From an uncultured Chloroflexia bacterium (GTDB lineage: Bacteria > Chloroflexota > UBA6077 > JACCZL01): a DNA stretch of 64,000 nt. A program made the position numbers and the translations under genes. The stretch covers positions 288,001 through 352,000 of the forward strand of contig CAVXYC010000023.1 in assembly GCA_963765765.1 (NCBI GenBank), read 5' to 3'. Positions 49,293 through 59,366 of this stretch are shown here, piece after piece; positions within the stretch are counted from its first letter, which is position 1, and each line of letters opens with the position of its first letter. The notes beneath the pieces were generated by a model. That model did not search any database, was not told where the DNA came from, and worked only from the letters and a program-made list of their open reading frames with translations.

Positions 49293-50135
49293 TTACCCGG
49301 TCGCCGTGAGCCGGGCGATCGTCTCGGCGCTCCAGTCTCCCTGCTCGAATCCGAAGAAGCGCGCGTACTGCTCGATCTGCTGATCGGTCATGATGGCGCC
49401 GGGCTGGACGAAGCAACCGCGCTCACGGGCGGCCATGAGCAGCGGGGTGAAGCCTGAGCCGATCACCGCGTCGGCTACGATGGCCGCTGGGTCCAACCGC
49501 TCGCAGTCCAAGGGCAGCGGATCGGACTCTCGCATGCCGACGGGGCTGGCGTTGACGACGAGGTCGTAACCGGTCGGGTCGGAGGACGTCGCGCTGGAAA
49601 CGTAGCCTGCCGCTCGTAGCCGCGTAGACAATGCCTGAGAGCGAGACTCATCGATATCCGAGACGTCGACGCCTTGCGCGCCAGATTCCGCGACTGCAAA
49701 CGCGATTGCCGATCCGACGCCGCCAGACCCAACGATGAGCGCCCGGCGTCCCTCGATTCGCTGGCCCGATGCCCGTAGCCCGGCGATAAAGCCGATACCA
49801 TCAAAGATGTCGCCAACTGTTCGGCCATCGGGGCGTATTGCCACCGCGTTGACCGCTCCAACCTGGCGTGCGCGTGGTGTGGCCTCATCCACGAGCGAGA
49901 GTACCGGTGGCTTATGTGGGATCGTGACGATGAGCCCCAGCAGATTGGGAAGGGTGCGGATACCATCCCAGAAAAACTGCAATGAGTTTGCCGGCACCCG
50001 CATTGGCACACACACGGCATTGGTCCCGTTGTGCCGGAAGAGCGGATTCCAGATGATCGGCGCACGCACCTGAGCAATCGGATCGCCAATGACGGGCAAG
50101 ATGCGAGTGAAGCCGTCAATCTGCGGGTGAATCAC
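49293..50135 (-). CDS. Shikimate dehydrogenase family protein
   Basis: GDPIAQVRAP, VTIPHK, GAVN, FDGIGF, GSGGVG, NASPVG. Confidence 0.9.
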   Translation of the reverse strand: MIHPQIDGFTRILPVIGDPIAQVRAPIIWNPLFRHNGTNAVCVPMRVPANSLQFFWDGIRTLPNLLGLIVTIPHKPPVLSLVDEATPRARQVGAVNAVAIRPDGRTVGDIFDGIGFIAGLRASGQRIEGRRALIVGSGGVGSAIAFAVAESGAQGVDVSDIDESRSQALSTRLRAAGYVSSATSSDPTGYDLVVNASPVGMRESDPLPLDCERLDPAAIVADAVIGSGFTPLLMAARERGCFVQPGAIMTDQQIEQYARFFGFEQGDWSAETIARLTATG

Positions 50136-50285
50136 AAGTACCCCTCCACGGATGTTCTGCCGCCTTTACTATGCACGAAGGTCCACGTAGCTCCCGCGCC
50201 GCGGCCGGCTCGGATACGATTGGCGGGTCGCACGCGACACGTGTCATTGTGAGCACGCGAATCGACAAATTGAGGAGACACCGCC

Positions 50286-51044
50286 ATGCCGATATTCGAA
50301 AAGGGCGACGTTCGCATTCGTTACGAGGAGGCCGGCTCCGGCTTCCCGCTTCTTGTGACGCCGGGTGGCGGGTTGAACTCACGGGTAAAGAATTGGCAGA
50401 CAGCGGTGTTCAATTCGATGGAGGAATTCAAAAACGACTTTCGATGCATCACCATGGACCAGCGCAACGCGAACGAGGGTGAATCCAGTGGACCCATTCC
50501 GGTGGACGACCCGTGGGGAGCATTCGCCGACGACCAGCTCGCGGTGATGGATCACCTGGGCATCGATAAGTTCTTCTTCATGGGCTACTGCATCGGCGGC
50601 CCGTTCGCCCTGAAGATCATGGAGCGTGCCCCCGACCGCGTGGTGGCCGGTGTGCTCTGCCAGCCGGTAGGACACCGACCGGAGGATCCGGACGTTATGT
50701 ACCGCTCCGGTCACGACAACTGGGCTCCCGAATTTCTCGCACGGCGACCCGACGTAACCATGGAGACCATCGAAGCGTATCTACACAACCTCTACCGCGT
50801 GCAGCCTGACTTCGTCTACAGCGTGACCCGCGACTTCGTGCGCTCGTGCCAGACGCCCATGTTGGTCCTGCCGGACGATGTCCCGGCGCACCCATACGCC
50901 GTGGCTATGGAGATTGCCGAGCTGGCACCCAGGGCCGAAGTTTCGGTGTACCCGTGGAAAGAGTCAGCAGATCTGAAGGCCAAGGTTGTGAGCCATGTTC
51001 GCGACTTTCTGCGATCGCACGAGCCCGCTAAAGCTGCTGTTTGA
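50286..51044 (+). CDS. Alpha/beta hydrolase, paralogue of 48411..49172
   Basis: GSGFPLL, MDQRNA, GYCIGG, RDFVRSCQTP. Confidence 0.88.
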   Translation: MPIFEKGDVRIRYEEAGSGFPLLVTPGGGLNSRVKNWQTAVFNSMEEFKNDFRCITMDQRNANEGESSGPIPVDDPWGAFADDQLAVMDHLGIDKFFFMGYCIGGPFALKIMERAPDRVVAGVLCQPVGHRPEDPDVMYRSGHDNWAPEFLARRPDVTMETIEAYLHNLYRVQPDFVYSVTRDFVRSCQTPMLVLPDDVPAHPYAVAMEIAELAPRAEVSVYPWKESADLKAKVVSHVRDFLRSHEPAKAAV

Positions 51045-51296
51045 GGTCGCGCAATCAACCACCACGTAAGCGTTTTGTGAGGTGAGGAGACAGGATTCAC
51101 CGTCTGGGGGTGCAATCGCTGTTGCGATCGTCGGCAATGGATCCTCAAGTGGCGCCCGCAAGGAGACGTCACTGCGTCAAACGCCTAGGTGATCGGTACG
51201 CGGCCGCCTCCTACCGGGCGCTCCGGTCGGAGACGTTGCGGTGTGCGGTGCATCAGCCCGTGGATGGGCTGATGCACCGCTTGGACATGGCCTGAC

Positions 51297-52370
51297 TTAC
51301 CGAATCTGCCCTTCAACAATGTTGCTGAAGAGGCTCATCTCGTGGGGGAGCATGACCGGGTCGGCGGGGCACACGTAGGAGGAGTTGAGCTGGTCCAGGG
51401 CGGTGATGCCGAGGAGGCCCATCGCGATCTCCATCTCGCTCTCCAGGATCTCCAGCACTCGCACCACGCCAGCTGCCCCGTCCGCGGCCAGGCCCCAGCC
51501 CTGAAGCTTCCCGATCGCCACCGCGTCCGCGCCGAGGGCCAGGGCTTTGAGCACATCGGTGCCGCGTTGAATGCCGCCGTCCAGAATGATCTTGGCCTTG
51601 CCTTTCGTGACAGCGTGGATCTCTGGTAGCGTCTCGATGGCTCCACGGCCATGATCGAGCTGTCGACCACCGTGATTGCTGACCCACACCACGTCAATAC
51701 CCCGCTGCACGCAGATGGACGCGTCCTCGGCGGTGGCAATGCCCTTGAGCATGAACGGCAACCCAGTAAAGTCGCGAATGCGCTCCACCGTGTCCCAGGT
51801 CGACGCGGCCTGAAACTCGCGGCCAGCGGCTGAGCGCTGGGTGGGTGGCGCGTAGCGGCCGAGCATGGGGCGCTCTCGATGCGAGAGATGGGCCGTGTCC
51901 ACCGTGACGCACAGCGCCGCGTAACCGGACTCCTTGACCCGGGTCAGGATGTCCTTGCACCAATCCCAGTCCCCTCGGACGTAGAGCTGGAATGTCTTCG
52001 GAAAATCGCCGGCCTTGCTGGTCTCCTCCAGCGTCGGCTCCGTCACGGAGCTGAGAACGTGCATCGTGCCGAATTCGGAGGCCGCCCGGGTCACCTCGGC
52101 ACCACCACCTGGGTGGAAGACCTGGAGTGAGCCGATTGGTGCGGGCAGCACAGGAATCCTCAGCCTGTGCCCCAGAAACGTGGTTGACGTATCGATCGAC
52201 GAGACGTCAACCAGGACGCGCGGCCGGAACGCAATTTTGTCGAAACCGAGTCGGTTGCGCCGCATCGTCGTCTCGGACTCCGAGGCGCCCACGAGGTAAT
52301 CCCACGGCCCCTGCTCGAGGTTTTTCCTGGCCGCGGCGATGATTTCTTGATTACTGAGAAAGTCGCCCAC
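51297..52370 (-). CDS. FMN-dependent alpha-hydroxy acid oxidase
   Basis: FRPRVL, FQLY, TVD, LKGI, VSNHGGRQLD, DGGIQRGTDVLKALALGA. Confidence 0.93.
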   Translation of the reverse strand: MGDFLSNQEIIAAARKNLEQGPWDYLVGASESETTMRRNRLGFDKIAFRPRVLVDVSSIDTSTTFLGHRLRIPVLPAPIGSLQVFHPGGGAEVTRAASEFGTMHVLSSVTEPTLEETSKAGDFPKTFQLYVRGDWDWCKDILTRVKESGYAALCVTVDTAHLSHRERPMLGRYAPPTQRSAAGREFQAASTWDTVERIRDFTGLPFMLKGIATAEDASICVQRGIDVVWVSNHGGRQLDHGRGAIETLPEIHAVTKGKAKIILDGGIQRGTDVLKALALGADAVAIGKLQGWGLAADGAAGVVRVLEILESEMEIAMGLLGITALDQLNSSYVCPADPVMLPHEMSLFSNIVEGQIR

Positions 52371-52517
52371 GCTTCCCTCCTTGTTGGTGATCTGGCCTGC
52401 GCCAAAGGATCGGCGCGACGGGATGGCCCGCGTCACATGACGCCGGGCATCGAACGTTTCTTCAAGCCAGCATTATGCGCCTCGTGCGCGGTGTTGTGCT
52501 TGGAACGGGAACTAGAT

Positions 52518-52610
52518 GTAGTGGCGTCCATTTACGGGCGCCACCTGTGCATCGTGCATTGCGATCGGATTAGGGATTCCCAAGTGGCGCCCGTAAATGA
52601 GCGCCACTAC
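52518..52610. repeat. GTAG-type REP inverted pair (7626 family)
   Basis: gtagtggcgtccatttacgggcgcca ... tggcgcccgtaaatgagcgccactac. Confidence 0.75.
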
Positions 52611-52665
52611 CTCTGCCTCGGTCAAAAGCGGCGACGACCGCCGCAGTCCAAAAGAGCAGCGAGGG

Positions 52666-53944
52666 CTATCGCGGAAGCGGCGCTCGCTCGCCGTACATCT
52701 CCTCGAGCAGCTCGGTAATGGGGCTGTAGTTGCCGGATGGCTTGCGGCGCACGGCGTCCATATTGAGCGTCATGTTGTGGCCGTAGTCGTGCGTGGCCAG
52801 CGGGATGATGTCGTTATCCGCCGGATCGCGGAAGACGTTGATCGGGTCCTCGCCGCGCTCAACCTTCTCGATCTCTTCCAGGAGCATGCGCCGATAGAGA
52901 AGGAGGCCGCGATCGGACCCAGCTAAGCGCTCCACCGACCGATCCACAATAGGACCCTGCGCCGGCCAGGCAAGCATGTCCTGCGCCAGGATGTAGTCCG
53001 GGAAATCGCCGAGATCGTTCTGGAGCGGCAGATCGTAGAGCGGGACGACATCCTGTTTTGGCGCTTTCACACCGTCGGGAGGGAAGAAGACTTCGTATTC
53101 GAGGTGCCAGGTTGTAGTGTCGTCGATGGGGACACGGATCTGGAAGGCGGCCCCGGTGCCTAATACCGGTATGCGCACCTTATCCGGGAACACGAGCGGG
53201 TGGCCGAGCCGCCAGTCATCCGTTGTCTCGGCGTCGCCTTCAAGCAGCCGCTTTTTGATGATTCCGTACTTGTATCGATCGAAATCGATCTTGACGTGGT
53301 GCTTGAGAAATGGCGTTACGTGCGAGACGTTCCAATCCGGGTGCGGACGACCCTGACGCTCAAGCTCCTCGAGGCAGTATTTGAAGAACCAGCCATGGAG
53401 GTACTCCGCATGGGTGGGGTCCACAGAGTTCTCCATGCACTGCAGCCAGTTACATGGGATCATCGTGGCGCCCACGTCGCGAATCACATTGGGCATCGCG
53501 TAGAGGTCCCAGCGAGGCAGAAGCGGCGTGGGCCCGGGGCCGAGGTAGGCGAATATCAGTCCGCCCAGCTCCTCCACAGGGTAGGCCGTGCGTCTGCACG
53601 CGTTGATAGAAGTTGCTGTCCGGCTCTTCGGCAGGCTGCTCCAGGCACTGGCCGGTGGCGTCATACAGCCACCCGTGATACGGACAGCGCAGGCCTTCTT
53701 CTTCCGGAATGCCGTACTTCAGGTCCACACTGCGATGCGCGCAACGCTGGCCGAGCAAGCCATACCGTCCCTTGCGATCCTTGTACAGCACCAGGTCTTC
53801 GCCCATGAGACGGACGGGTTTGGTGGGACGGTCAATCAGCTCAGAGACGCCGGCCACCGGCCACCAGTAACGTCGGAGGAGCGTGCCGAGGGGAGTGCCG
53901 GGACCGACGCGGGTCAGGCGTTCATTTTGTTCTTTGGTAAGCAC
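52666..53944 (-). CDS. Rieske non-heme iron oxygenase alpha subunit (phthalate 4,5-dioxygenase/LigX-like); frameshift near 53600
   Basis: LTRVGPGTPLG, CAHR..CPYHGW, ENSVDPTHAEYLH, AQD. Confidence 0.92.
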
Positions 53945-53962
53945 GAGACCTCCCGGTGGTCG

Positions 53963-54052
53963 ATGAAGAATGAAGATGAAAATTAAGAATGGAGTATACG
54001 GACGCTGAGCACCCAGTCCATTCTTAATTTTGCATTCTTAATTCTTCATTCC
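53963..54052. repeat. AT-rich heptamer-like repeats in inverted arrangement
   Basis: tgaagaatgaagatgaaaattaagaatgga ... tccattcttaattttgcattcttaattcttcattc. Confidence 0.7.
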
Positions 54053-54058
54053 TAATGG

Positions 54059-54844
54059 TCAGTCGATATAGAGCCCACCGTTGACGTCCATGACTTCCCC
54101 GGTGATGTAGCTCGCCCCATCGGAGAGGAAGAACGCCACGGCGTGCGCGATGTCCTCGGGCTTGCCCAGACGGCCGGCGGGAATGGCCGCCATGATCGCC
54201 TCCTGGTTCGGGCCAACCAGTCCATCCGCGGTCATGCCGGTGACGATGCGGCCCGGGCAGATGGCATTCGCGGTGATGTGCGGAGCAAGCTCCACGGCTA
54301 ATCCGCGGACGAGGCCAAGCATGCCGGCTTTGGCGGCGGCGTACGCGGTGCGCACGCGCGAATTGGGCAGCACCCCCACCTTTGCGCTCACGGAGGACAT
54401 GCACACGATGCGTCCGAACTGACCCTCGATCATGGCTGGCGCCACGGCTTGCGACCAGATGTAGGAGCCCTTCAGATGTACGGAGATCGTGCGATCGAAC
54501 GACTCTTCGCTGAGCTCCAGGATCGGATCGCGATTCGGAAGGCCGGCATTGTTGACCAGAGCATCAATGCGTCCGAACTTCTCGAGCACCTGCGCCACGA
54601 TTTCGCGCGCTCGGCGCTGATCGGAGACATCTGCCTGGAAGCTCATGGGTTCGGGCGCGTCCTTGATTGGCTGAGCTGTCTCCGCGGCAGCGTCCCCGTC
54701 CAAATCCACGGCGACAATGTGGAACCCTTGTTTCGTCAGGACTTCCTCGGGCCTGCGCTCATGTGCCAGGCGCTCCGCGACTGCCCGACCAATGCCGGCA
54801 CCTGCCCCGGTGACGATTGCAACCCTGTGATCAGTCTTACTCAT
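54059..54844 (-). CDS. Short-chain dehydrogenase/reductase
   Basis: VTGAGAGIG, NNAG, YAAAK, NAICPG. Confidence 0.92.
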   Translation of the reverse strand: MSKTDHRVAIVTGAGAGIGRAVAERLAHERRPEEVLTKQGFHIVAVDLDGDAAAETAQPIKDAPEPMSFQADVSDQRRAREIVAQVLEKFGRIDALVNNAGLPNRDPILELSEESFDRTISVHLKGSYIWSQAVAPAMIEGQFGRIVCMSSVSAKVGVLPNSRVRTAYAAAKAGMLGLVRGLAVELAPHITANAICPGRIVTGMTADGLVGPNQEAIMAAIPAGRLGKPEDIAHAVAFFLSDGASYITGEVMDVNGGLYID

Positions 54845-54898
54845 AGTGGCCGAATCCTACGGGAGGGGTGTTGGAGCGTCAAACCCTCCCGCTCACAG

Positions 54899-55115
54899 CA
54901 GAGCGGCATCCGCGTGAGGGTGCGGATCCTCCGCGACATCCCCTCCCACGGACAGAGCCGCGCACGTGAGTAAGCGGATCCTCTCCCGAGCACCTCATTC
55001 ATAGAGATCGTCAGAGGAACCGCTTATTCACGTGCGCGGCTCGGAGGCTGGTTGATGGATGTGATCGCGATTGAGGTTCTTCGAAGGGGTCCGCACCCAT
55101 ACGGGATGCGGCTCT
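54899..55115. repeat. Nested cluster of four REP copies (2285 family)
   Basis: Outer pair cagagcggcatccgcgtgagggtgcgga / tccgcacccatacgggatgcggctctg; inner pair gagccgcgcacgtgagtaagcgg / ccgcttattcacgtgcgcggctc. Confidence 0.7.
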
Positions 55116-55129
55116 GTTGCGGTTGGCGA

Positions 55130-55717
55130 CTACGCGTTGGCCGGCTTCCAGGGCTTGATCCATGGCGATTCTGGCCAGCCTTCCGCGCCGGCCATGAGCT
55201 CATACATGGTTGCTTTGTCGATGGACTCACGGACGATGTCAGCGTGACCGGCGTGGCGCGCGGCCTCCTCGACGAGGTGGAGAAGGACCCAGCGGACGGT
55301 CCAGGCCTCCATATCCTGCGGGTACCACGGCACCCCTTTGGGGATGGGAACGGGTTGGTTTAGGTCGCTGATGCCGTTGATTACTGCCTCCGTTTCGGCG
55401 GCCACTTCATCCATAAGCGCCAGCACGCTTTCCAGCGTCTCATCTGGAGTCAGAGCGAACCCCCGCGCGTAGTCGGACCACTTGTCCTCGTCGGAGCCGC
55501 CGCGATCGCGCTGCACGACCAGGTCGATCCAGCCTCGCTCCATTAGCGCAACGTGCTTGATGAGTCCTCCAACGGACAGAGCGCTCGCTGACGGGGCAAG
55601 CCTGATCTGTTCTTCGGTGAGACCGTAGGCGGCGTATCGGAGTCCATCCCGTTGCTGCTTGATGTAGGCAAGTAAGAGCGCGCGCTCATCAGTGAGAGGG
55701 GGAGCCTGGCCTGGCAT
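55130..55717 (-). CDS. DinB/DUF664 family protein
   Basis: SVGGLIKHVA..E..W, RWVLLHLVEEAARHAGHADIVRESID. Confidence 0.9.
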   Translation of the reverse strand: MPGQAPPLTDERALLLAYIKQQRDGLRYAAYGLTEEQIRLAPSASALSVGGLIKHVALMERGWIDLVVQRDRGGSDEDKWSDYARGFALTPDETLESVLALMDEVAAETEAVINGISDLNQPVPIPKGVPWYPQDMEAWTVRWVLLHLVEEAARHAGHADIVRESIDKATMYELMAGAEGWPESPWIKPWKPANA

Positions 55718-55767
55718 GTCGATGTACTCCTTTGCTGGTTCTGTTGGTGTTGCTGAATTGGGCAGAA

Positions 55768-56502
55768 TTATGCCGTGATGCCTTCGAGTATCTCGGCCAC
55801 AGCGATCGGTTGGGACAACATCGGCCAGTGGCCGGTGTCCAACTTAATCACATGCCACGGTGGCGTGTTGAGGGCCTGGAATCGGGGAATTGGCAAGGTC
55901 AGCAGATTTTGACCGTCCTCGCAGGCAACGATGATGCGCTGATAGGTTCCCTCGTCCGTGCCGTTTAGATGCAGCGGCTGCGTATACGTTTGGAACGGCT
56001 GATCGGCGGCGTGGCGCTGCATGAGGCTTCGATGCTCTGAGGTCAATCCGTTCAGGCTTGCGTTAGCGCCAAGCTCTTCAAACGAGGGGAACGGTAGGCG
56101 CCAGCCATCGCCGTACTCGGCCACTGCGCGCTCCAGATTCTCCCGCGCGGACGGTGGGTACGGATCCAGATGGCATTCGCCATCCAGGAACGGCGCTGAA
56201 TCGAGATACACCAGCGCGCTCAGCCGGGACCCGAGGCGATCGGCCGCGCCGGTGACAACCAGGCCGGCGTAGCTATGACCGACCAGTACAACGTCGATGA
56301 GCTCCTCGAATTCAAATAGATTCGTCACGTCGGTGATGTGCGTGTCGAGATTGATTTCGGGCCGTCCCAGATGCGCCCGCTCTCCGAGACCCGTGAGTGA
56401 GAGCGGATAGACATTGTGTCCGTGTGCGCGAAGATGCCTAGCGACATCTTTCCATGCCCACGCGCCGATCCAGGCGCCGCCAATCAGCACGTAGTTAGTC
56501 AT
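55768..56502 (-). CDS. Alpha/beta hydrolase (methylesterase-like)
   Basis: GAWIGAWAW, LTGLGER, VGHSYAG, TGHWPM. Confidence 0.9.
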   Translation of the reverse strand: MTNYVLIGGAWIGAWAWKDVARHLRAHGHNVYPLSLTGLGERAHLGRPEINLDTHITDVTNLFEFEELIDVVLVGHSYAGLVVTGAADRLGSRLSALVYLDSAPFLDGECHLDPYPPSARENLERAVAEYGDGWRLPFPSFEELGANASLNGLTSEHRSLMQRHAADQPFQTYTQPLHLNGTDEGTYQRIIVACEDGQNLLTLPIPRFQALNTPPWHVIKLDTGHWPMLSQPIAVAEILEGITA

Positions 56503-56550
56503 CTTTCACATCTCCTTCGGATCGGTTGACGGCATGGTCTCACGAGAAAC

Positions 56551-56568
56551 TGTCAGGATATGGCAGGA
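56551..56568. promoter_or_regulatory. 10-bp-phased direct repeat, candidate WYL-regulator site
   Basis: TGTCAGGA-ta-TGGCAGGA in the short divergent promoter between hydrolase and WYL gene. Confidence 0.45.
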
Positions 56569-56588
56569 TTAGATGAGATCTTACGGGT

Positions 56589-57605
56589 ATGCGAGCAAGT
56601 CGACTGGTTTCCATCCTGATGCTCCTGCAGGGGCGGGGCAAGCTCACAGCGCAGCAGCTTGCCGATGAGCTCGAGGTCTCGATTCGAACGATTTACCGCG
56701 ATCTCGATGCGCTGGCCGCATCGGGGGTGCCGCTGTACGGCGATCGCGGCCCCGCCGGCGGCTACAACCTGGTGGATGGCTACCGCACCAGGCTGACCGG
56801 CCTAACGCCCGCGGAAGCCGAGGCCGTGTTTCTGGCAGGCCTGCACGGACCGGCCCAGGCGTTGGGTTTGGGGCCCAATTTGGCCGCTGCCGAGCAGAAG
56901 CTGCTGGCCGCTCTGCCGGTTGAGCTGCGAACGCGCGCAGGGCGCGTTACCGAGAGATTTCACCTGGATCCCGCCAACTGGTTCACCGACGCGGATGAGC
57001 CGGCGCACCTGATTGCTGTGGCGGAGTCGGTCTGGGAGCAGCGTGCCCTGCGTGTGCGGTATCGCCGCTGGCAGGGCGAAGTGCAGCGGACCCTCGAGCC
57101 GCTCGGCGTGGTGCTCAAGGGAGGTGCCTGGTACGTCGTCGCCTCGGTAGATGGTCAGATCCGTACTTACCGCGCGGCGCGTATTCTCGAGATCGAGCCG
57201 CTCGAACGATCATTTCGAGCGGCCCAGGGGGTTCGACCTGGCAGCGTTCTGGCAAACGTGGTCTGATGATTTCGAGGCGCGCAATCGTCAACATCATGCG
57301 CGCGTGCGCGTGTCACCTCACGGGCTGGCAATGATGGAGCATCTGTTTGGCTCGGCCATCATGCGCTCCGTACGGGAGAGTCAGGGGCCGGCGGACGCGG
57401 ATGGCTGGGTGTGCGTCTCCGTCCCCTGGAGTCGGCGGAGTACGCGTACACCGATCTGCTGCCATTTGGGGCAGAGATTGAAGTGATCACACCGCCGGAG
57501 CTACGCGAGCGGATGGCGGCGATTGTCGAGGCGATGACGAGGGTCTATCGAGCCAGCGCTTCTTCCGGCGATCTGCACCGCGCGGGTGTTCCGCGGGAAG
57601 TCTGA
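56589..57605 (+). CDS. YafY-like wHTH-WYL-WCX transcriptional regulator (two frameshifts)
   Basis: MRASRLVS..LADELEVSIRTIYRD, EPLGVVLKGGAWYVV, RTYR, GFDLAAFW, EVITPPELR. Confidence 0.92.
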
Positions 57606-57690
57606 GGGCAAACGTCAACGGAGAGTCAGGCTCCCTCCCCGTGAGCGGGGCGGGGTGGGGCCCCACCGGTCGCCCCAGCCTCAGATGCCG

Positions 57691-58263
57691 CTACGTCCAG
57701 CTTCCCTCTCGCGACAACGCTTCCGACGCCAGCCCGAGCGCGGCGACGATTCCGAGCACTGGGGTTTCGCCGCGTCGGGCGGCTTCGAAGAGCTCAGGCA
57801 GCGTCAGCAGGTCGATGACCATGTCCTCCAGATCCCCGGAGGCCGGTTCGGCTACCTTACGCGCTCGTCGTGACAGGTAGATGTGCGCCTGGCCGCAGCC
57901 TCGATTCCCGTCTTCCACGAATGCGCCCAGGAATGACCAGTCCTCGGCTACGTAGCCGGTCTCCTCGAGCAGCTCGCGTTTGGCTGCGTCCATGGGGTCT
58001 TCACCTGGCTCGAGATAGCCGGCGGGAAGGTTTATGCAGACACGCCTGGGGCCGTGTTTGTAATTGCGCTCCACCACCACGCGGTTCTGGCTTGTGAGCG
58101 CGACAATGATCGCGTGGTCCGGCATGTCGATCGAATAGAACCCTTGCACTTGACGGCCATCGGGAAGCTCCACATCGTCGCCGTACAGTCGAAGCCAGGG
58201 ACGGGCGTCGTAGAGCTCGGTTCGCGTCCGGATGGTCCAGGGCTTCGGTAGTTCGCTGGACAT
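57691..58263 (-). CDS. NUDIX hydrolase (ADP-ribose pyrophosphatase-like)
   Basis: LPAGYLEPGEDPMDAAKRELLEETGY Nudix box. Confidence 0.92.
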   Translation of the reverse strand: MSSELPKPWTIRTRTELYDARPWLRLYGDDVELPDGRQVQGFYSIDMPDHAIIVALTSQNRVVVERNYKHGPRRVCINLPAGYLEPGEDPMDAAKRELLEETGYVAEDWSFLGAFVEDGNRGCGQAHIYLSRRARKVAEPASGDLEDMVIDLLTLPELFEAARRGETPVLGIVAALGLASEALSREGSWT

Positions 58264-58303
58264 GGTGCTCCTGGTCGAGTCCTGAGTTGGGGCGGCGCTG
58301 CGA

Positions 58304-59110
58304 CTATGAATGAAGCAGCTTCAGCGCCGCCTCATGAATCGATCGATTTCTGGAATATACGGCGTTTCCATATACCGGGTGACTGATGCCGTCTGCCCCA
58401 CTGAAGACGCCGCCGGCCTCTTCGACAATCAGCGAAGGCGCTGCGTAATCCCAGACCTTGCCCGCGAGCTGGACGGCGAGATCGAGCTCGCCGGTTGCGA
58501 CGAGCAGGCCGGCGTGCACCCTCCACGGTGTAAGACGCGCGCTGGCCAGTAAGTCATCCACCATGGCCCGATACATCGGTGCTAGCGATTCGTAGGCGGG
58601 AACGACGCCGGTCCGACAGCCTTCGACCTTCGCCAAAGTTCGTTCAACGTGAAGCGGTTGAGGATTCAGAAGCCGGTCTTCGTGAATCTCGCCGACATAC
58701 GCGCCGCCGTCGCGCACCGCCCACCAAACTTTTCCGAGCGCGGGGACTGACGCGATGGCCACAGTAACGAGGCCATCCTCCTCCAAGGCGATAAGTGTCT
58801 GCCAGCTTGTATCGCCGCGCAGGAACACGGCGGTGCCGTCGATGCCGTCAAGGATCCAGCGCCTCTGGCTATTCCCGCTTTCGCCGGTCTCCTCGCCCAG
58901 GCAGGCATCGTTGGGCCGTTCGGAGAGAAGGATCGAGCGGACCGTTCCTTCAACTTGCCTATCGGCGTCGGTAACGTAGCTCCCGTCAGACTTGTACTCT
59001 ATCTGGAGCTCGCGAAGGCGTTGGAAAAAACCGAGCGCAACGGGCGCACTGACCAGAGCTGCTCGCTGCGCGAGGGCCAGGTCGGCGGCGCGATCCATTG
59101 AGGAGCTCAC
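58304..59110 (-). CDS. Inositol monophosphatase family (HisN-like)
   Basis: KSDGSYVTDAD, GEE, WILDGIDGT, WDYAA..IVEEAGG. Confidence 0.88.
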   Translation of the reverse strand: MSSSMDRAADLALAQRAALVSAPVALGFFQRLRELQIEYKSDGSYVTDADRQVEGTVRSILLSERPNDACLGEETGESGNSQRRWILDGIDGTAVFLRGDTSWQTLIALEEDGLVTVAIASVPALGKVWWAVRDGGAYVGEIHEDRLLNPQPLHVERTLAKVEGCRTGVVPAYESLAPMYRAMVDDLLASARLTPWRVHAGLLVATGELDLAVQLAGKVWDYAAPSLIVEEAGGVFSGADGISHPVYGNAVYSRNRSIHEAALKLLHS

Positions 59111-59192
59111 GAGCGCAGTCTACGGGATCGAGCGGTGGCTGCTCCCGCCCGAGACGCAAAGGAGGAAGTGTTCACAAGCAGGCGAGGTCAAT

Positions 59193-59311
59193 CGTAGCGC
59201 TGAGGCTCGTCCCCTGTGCCTGGAGCGCCACGAGCCACGGAATTCCCGAAGCGTTCACCGCGAATGCGTCAGCCCGAGCTCCAGGCGCAGGGGACAAGCC
59301 CCAGTGCTACG
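59193..59311. repeat. GTAG-type REPIN
   Basis: cgtagcgctgaggctcgtcccctgtgcctggagc ... gctccaggcgcaggggacaagccccagtgctacg. Confidence 0.75.
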
Positions 59312-59366
59312 GCGAGCGTCCGGTGGATCGTCCCTCGAATCTGAACTCTCACGCGAAGGAGCTACG

